Positions 60,458 through 64,000 of a stretch of DNA of 64,000 bases are shown piece after piece. The DNA is from Candidatus Poribacteria bacterium (lineage in GTDB: Bacteria > Poribacteria > WGA-4E > WGA-3G): contig JAJEJA010000061.1 in the NCBI GenBank assembly GCA_022828145.1, positions 66,081 to 130,080 on the forward strand, in the 5' to 3' direction. The notes below the pieces were generated by a model that did no database searches, had not been told where the DNA came from, and saw only the letters and a program-made list of their open reading frames with translations. The number at the start of each line of letters is the position of its first letter. The stretch's first letter is position 1. A program made the translations under genes and the position numbers.

Positions 60458-60582
60458 TCAGTCCCGTAGGGACGATATGTGTAGTAGTTCATCCTGATAT
60501 AAACATATCGTCCCTACGGGACTAAAGAGAGGTGGGGTACACATTTTTCTATAAACATATCGTCCCTACGGGACTGAAGAGG
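60458..60582. repeat. REP-C cluster: one inverted and two direct copies of ATAAACATATCGTCCCTACGGGACTRAAGAG.
   Basis: Copies at 60458-60479 (inverted), 60498-60528 and 60551-60582. A fourth copy lies at 4377-4409. Confidence 0.5.
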
Positions 60583-60687
60583 GGACAATCTCAATAATCA
60601 TTTCCCTTAGAGGGCACAATAACCCAGACATTTTCTAAAATTGACACCTATTGTTCGGTTTCCTAACCGAACTGGTAAGGAGCAAGA

Positions 60688-61545
60688 GTGGAAACAAATA
60701 CAACAGCAGAGAAACGAAAGTTTAAACTAACAGATGATGAGTTGATTCAGTGGAACGATAACGGTTACTTCGTCCGATACAACGTTTTTACGAAAGCAGA
60801 AAACGCAGAGATCGCACAAATTGCTGATGACATCGTCAATAGAAAACGCACCTTTCCCGAATATCACATCTTTCAAAATGCTTTAGTCTTAGAGGGTAAA
60901 GTGGAGGCAGAAGGCATCTACGCAATGCACAATATCCAATATGTGAGCTGCAATTGCAAAGAATTCCTTGACCGCACGCGTGACCCACGACTCACAGACC
61001 CGGTCGTTGATATTCTTGGACCAGACTTACTCGGACTTAACAATCTGTACATCTGGAAACCCCCGAAGTTAGGTTTAGGTTTTCCGTGGCATCAGGATAA
61101 ATGGTACTTTAACCATCAATATAAAACCGGGACAACTGTGGCAACCTGGACCGCAATTGATGACGCAGATATAGAAAACGGTTGTCTATATGTAGTCCCC
61201 GGAAGCCACAAGGGTGGTGTTCGTGATCATGAGAAACTTGAAGGTTACCAACAGGGAGAATTTAGACAAGCACAAGGTGTTCGTGATGAAGACGGTGTTC
61301 CGGTTGAAATTCCTGCAGGTTCAGTCATCTGGTTCAATAGCCAAGTGCTACACAAAAGTACTGATAATCATAGTGAACGTTTTCGTAGGTGTAACGTCGC
61401 GCATTATATCAAAGCGAATACTGAATGGACACGACCCGAGGCAGTTAATGTAAAACGACCTCCTATGTGGATACGCGGTAAAACCTATCCCGGTATGGAA
61501 AATGAAGTTCAACATGACATTATACCTATTATAGAAAACGATTAG
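60688..61545 (+). CDS. Phytanoyl-CoA dioxygenase (PhyH)-family Fe(II)/2-oxoglutarate oxygenase, paralog 1. GTG start.
   Basis: HxD motif in FPWHQD. Distal His in LHKSTDN. R..RR in FRRCNVAHY. Confidence 0.8.
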   Translation: METNTTAEKRKFKLTDDELIQWNDNGYFVRYNVFTKAENAEIAQIADDIVNRKRTFPEYHIFQNALVLEGKVEAEGIYAMHNIQYVSCNCKEFLDRTRDPRLTDPVVDILGPDLLGLNNLYIWKPPKLGLGFPWHQDKWYFNHQYKTGTTVATWTAIDDADIENGCLYVVPGSHKGGVRDHEKLEGYQQGEFRQAQGVRDEDGVPVEIPAGSVIWFNSQVLHKSTDNHSERFRRCNVAHYIKANTEWTRPEAVNVKRPPMWIRGKTYPGMENEVQHDIIPIIEND

Positions 61546-61636
61546 ATGTGGAAGAGGGAAGGATGGAAGAATGGAAGGGTGGAAGGGTGGATGAATGGAA
61601 GAATGGAAGGGTGGAAGGGTGGAAGAGGGGAAGAAT
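61546..61636. repeat. Simple tandem repeat (GGAAGGGTG / GGAAGAATG units) between PhyH paralogs 1 and 2.
   Basis: Seen directly in the sequence. The ORF-track start of 61595 lies inside it. Confidence 0.6.
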
Positions 61637-62479
61637 ATGAATACAATGGTTGAAAAACGGAAGTATAGACTGACATCTGATGAAGTATCCTCTTGGGAAG
61701 AGAAGGGTTACTTTATCCGTTACGATGTTTTCACGAAAGCAGAAAACGATTCTTTGGCTCAGATCGCTGATGACATCGCGATTGGAAAACTGCCTTTCCC
61801 CGCAAAAAACATACACCAGAACGCATTGGTCAGAGATGGGAAAACAGAAGCATCAGGTGTCAACGGCATGCATTGCATTCATCATATAAACAAACATTCC
61901 CCTGAATTCCTTTTGCGTACACGCGATCCGCGTTTAACAGACCCTGTCGTTGATTTAATTGGTCCAAATGTCCTCGGACTGAACAATCTATATATCTGGA
62001 AACCCCCGAAGATAGGTTTGGGTTTTCCGTGGCATCAAGACAAGTGGTATTTTAACAATCAGTATGTAACGGAAAAAACCGTTGGCACTTGGTCCGCAAT
62101 TGATGATGCGGATGAACAGAACGGATGCTTATATGTTATCCCTGGTAGCCACAAGAAAGAGGTTCATGAGCATGTGAACCTTGAAGGATCACAACAGAAT
62201 GAATTTAAATATGCTGTTGGCGCAAGGGATGAAGACGGTGTTCCAGTTGAAGTTCCCGCTGGTAGTGTGGTATTTTTCAACAATCAACTCCTACATAAGA
62301 GTACGGATAACCGTAGTGATAGATTTCGTAGATGTAGTGTTGCACACTATATTAGTGCAGATTCACAACGTGTGGAAACCGTAAAGTATCCTCGTCCTGT
62401 CATGTGGGTTCGGGGTGATACACACTCAGAAAAAATGGAGCCGGTACATCGGGACGTATTACCTTTAGTTGAAGAATAA
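61637..62479 (+). CDS. PhyH-family Fe(II)/2OG oxygenase, paralog 2.
   Basis: The same motifs as paralog 1 are present. Confidence 0.8.
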   Translation: MNTMVEKRKYRLTSDEVSSWEEKGYFIRYDVFTKAENDSLAQIADDIAIGKLPFPAKNIHQNALVRDGKTEASGVNGMHCIHHINKHSPEFLLRTRDPRLTDPVVDLIGPNVLGLNNLYIWKPPKIGLGFPWHQDKWYFNNQYVTEKTVGTWSAIDDADEQNGCLYVIPGSHKKEVHEHVNLEGSQQNEFKYAVGARDEDGVPVEVPAGSVVFFNNQLLHKSTDNRSDRFRRCSVAHYISADSQRVETVKYPRPVMWVRGDTHSEKMEPVHRDVLPLVEE

Positions 62480-62516
62480 TGGACAGTTCAGACTAAACTT
62501 ATAGGTATAAGGAATA

Positions 62517-62613
62517 GTCGGGAATCGGAGTTCCCTCCTACCAATAGCAGTCCATCGGTAGGAGCGATCTCCGAATCGCGACCTTTACCCAAAGAATTAG
62601 AATGGACTATCTA
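62517..62613. repeat. REP-F copy 3 (inverted, extended copy of 40925-41026) between PhyH paralogs 2 and 3.
   Basis: Arms GTCGGGAATCGGAGTTCCCTCCTACC / GGTAGGAGCGATCTCCGAATCGCGAC plus a shared extension. Confidence 0.5.
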
Positions 62614-62625
62614 ATAGGAGCATAT

Positions 62626-63483
62626 ATGGATACAACAGCAACAATGACGCATAAAGAATTTGCGATGACATCTGATGAAAAAACATCTTGGGAGGAAAAT
62701 GGATTCTTCGTCCGATACGACGTATTCACAAAAGAGGAGAACGACCTCCTAAGACATATCGCTGATGATATAGCTGTCGGAAAACGACCTTTCCCTGATG
62801 CGAATATAAACCAAAACGCATTAGTACGCGATGGAGAAGCGGAAGCGACAGGTATCCATGCGATGCACAAAATCCATCATGTGAGTTGTTACTGTCCAGA
62901 ATTCCTTGCCCGTGTGCGTGACCCACGACTGACAGACCCAATTGTTGACCTCTTGGGTCCTGACCTACTCGGTCTCAACAATCTGTATATCTGGAAATCA
63001 CCAAAGATAGGATTAGGATTCCCTTGGCATCAAGATAAGTGGTATTTTAATCATCAGTATAAAACCGATATGACTGTTGGTACTTGGACTGCCATTGATG
63101 ACGCAGACCGAGAGAATGGATGTCTATATGTTATCCCAGGTAGCCACAAACACGGTATCTATGAACATGTGGACGTTGAAGGATCCCAGCAAGCAGAATT
63201 CAAATTGGCACGAGACGCAAAGGATGAAGACGGTATTGCCGTTGAAGCACCACAAGGTGCAGTCGTTTTCTTCAACAATCAACTGCTCCATAAGAGTACC
63301 GACAACCATAGTCTTCGTTTTCGTCGTTGTAATGTGGCACACTATATCAGTGCAAAGGCTGAACGCAAACCCAAAGTGCAGGTAAAGAATCAACGTCCTG
63401 TTATGTGGATCCGAGGTAAGATTTACCCAGGAAAGATGGATCCCGTATACCGTGATGTCCAACCGATACCGGAATCTGATTGA
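62626..63483 (+). CDS. PhyH-family Fe(II)/2OG oxygenase, paralog 3.
   Basis: AGGAG-N6-ATG start at 62626. The ORF-track start 62602 lies inside REP-F. Same catalytic motifs. Confidence 0.8.
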   Translation: MDTTATMTHKEFAMTSDEKTSWEENGFFVRYDVFTKEENDLLRHIADDIAVGKRPFPDANINQNALVRDGEAEATGIHAMHKIHHVSCYCPEFLARVRDPRLTDPIVDLLGPDLLGLNNLYIWKSPKIGLGFPWHQDKWYFNHQYKTDMTVGTWTAIDDADRENGCLYVIPGSHKHGIYEHVDVEGSQQAEFKLARDAKDEDGIAVEAPQGAVVFFNNQLLHKSTDNHSLRFRRCNVAHYISAKAERKPKVQVKNQRPVMWIRGKIYPGKMDPVYRDVQPIPESD

Positions 63484-63491
63484 AAAAAGGG

Positions 63492-63983
63492 TTAAATCTG
63501 CATCACAGCGGTATTTGTCAGATAGGGTGACTCGAACTGTGTCATATCTCCTGCCTTGAGACCGGGGACAGGAAACAGTCGGACAGATAAAGGTTTATTG
63601 AGCCGCATGGAGAGGGTGGCAACATCAGATAGGATAGCGGCGATCTGTGTTACGGTTGCGTCACCTGGAATGGGAATTGTGTCCAGACCCGTTCCACAGA
63701 TGGTGGAATAGAGTAATAGGCTGTCTAAATTGAAATAACATTCCTCACTCCGTTTTCCCAATCCGACATCTTCAAGAACCGGGAGCATCAATCCTGAATA
63801 TCCACACAGCGGCAGTGATAAGGATTTAAGCGTCCTTGTTATGCCTGCAGCGAGTGTCAGTGTTCCGCTTTCGCCAAAACAACCGGGGAGTTGGTGTTCC
63901 ATAGCGTAAGCGATGCTGTCATCACCCATCGGTGCGAGTGATACGTCAAGACCGATAAACTTTATTCCCCACTCCTTTGCCAT
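63492..63983 (-). CDS. Hypothetical protein, C-terminal part only (the ORF is open at the window edge). Possibly UPF0210/DUF711-like.
   Basis: Long ORF convergent with the PhyH genes. The family assignment is uncertain. Confidence 0.35.
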   Translation of the reverse strand: MAKEWGIKFIGLDVSLAPMGDDSIAYAMEHQLPGCFGESGTLTLAAGITRTLKSLSLPLCGYSGLMLPVLEDVGLGKRSEECYFNLDSLLLYSTICGTGLDTIPIPGDATVTQIAAILSDVATLSMRLNKPLSVRLFPVPGLKAGDMTQFESPYLTNTAVMQI

Positions 63984-64000
63984 AGTTTCTGCAATTGTAA

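Noticed and set aside
60458-60582. A possible mini CRISPR array, seen as direct 29-31 bp repeats separated by about 23 bp.
   Set aside because: There are only two direct copies plus an inverted one. An identical unit sits 56 kb away, at 4377. The core is palindromic, like REP elements. No cas genes are in the window.
61529-61816. A 95-aa minus-strand ORF encoding LPLFHPSTLPFFHSS... repeats.
   Set aside because: It is translation of the GGAAGGGTG microsatellite plus an antisense read-through into PhyH paralog 2, so it is spurious.

Overview
This 64 kb window looks like part of a chromosome from an uncultured bacterium of the FCB group (Bacteroidota-like). I infer that from two secreted proteins with T9SS C-terminal sorting domains, many TPR proteins, a CRTAC1/ASPIC-UnbV protein and an FGE-sulfatase protein. 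GC content is roughly 42%. Coding density is high. Most genes are ordinary housekeeping or envelope genes: cimA, trpD-trpC, birA, rbsK, a PBP4-type dacB, an M20 amidohydrolase, a TatD hydrolase, an SDR oxidoreductase, an enolase-superfamily enzyme and a sugar epimerase. No rRNA, tRNA or CRISPR array was found. Five things stand out. (1) A single 585-aa ORF has a complete ECF sigma-70 factor (regions 2 and 4) in frame with a divergent FtsZ/tubulin GTPase domain. It lies outside any dcw division cluster, and a perfect internal AGGAGG-N6-ATG start site sits at the domain junction. (2) A complete type I restriction-modification locus runs hsdM, then an AAA_21-type ATPase, then a PIN-like nuclease, then a 1 kb spacer, then hsdS and hsdR. 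The ATPase and PIN genes form an embedded two-gene module. The whole island is bracketed by copies of one palindromic repeat family and carries a MITE with perfect 24-bp terminal inverted repeats. (3) Three tandem paralogous PhyH-family Fe(II)/2-oxoglutarate dioxygenases follow a secreted protein, each separated from the next by a different repeat. (4) At least five families of small palindromic or MITE-like intergenic repeats recur across the window. One copy has 13-bp flanking direct repeats. (5) Several unusual domain arrangements also occur: a GHMP sugar kinase fused to a UDP-sugar pyrophosphorylase, an orphan MazE, a hicAB pair, a DRG-like GTPase with a TGS domain, and a beta-helix protein carrying both dockerin and T9SS modules that is split by an in-frame stop.
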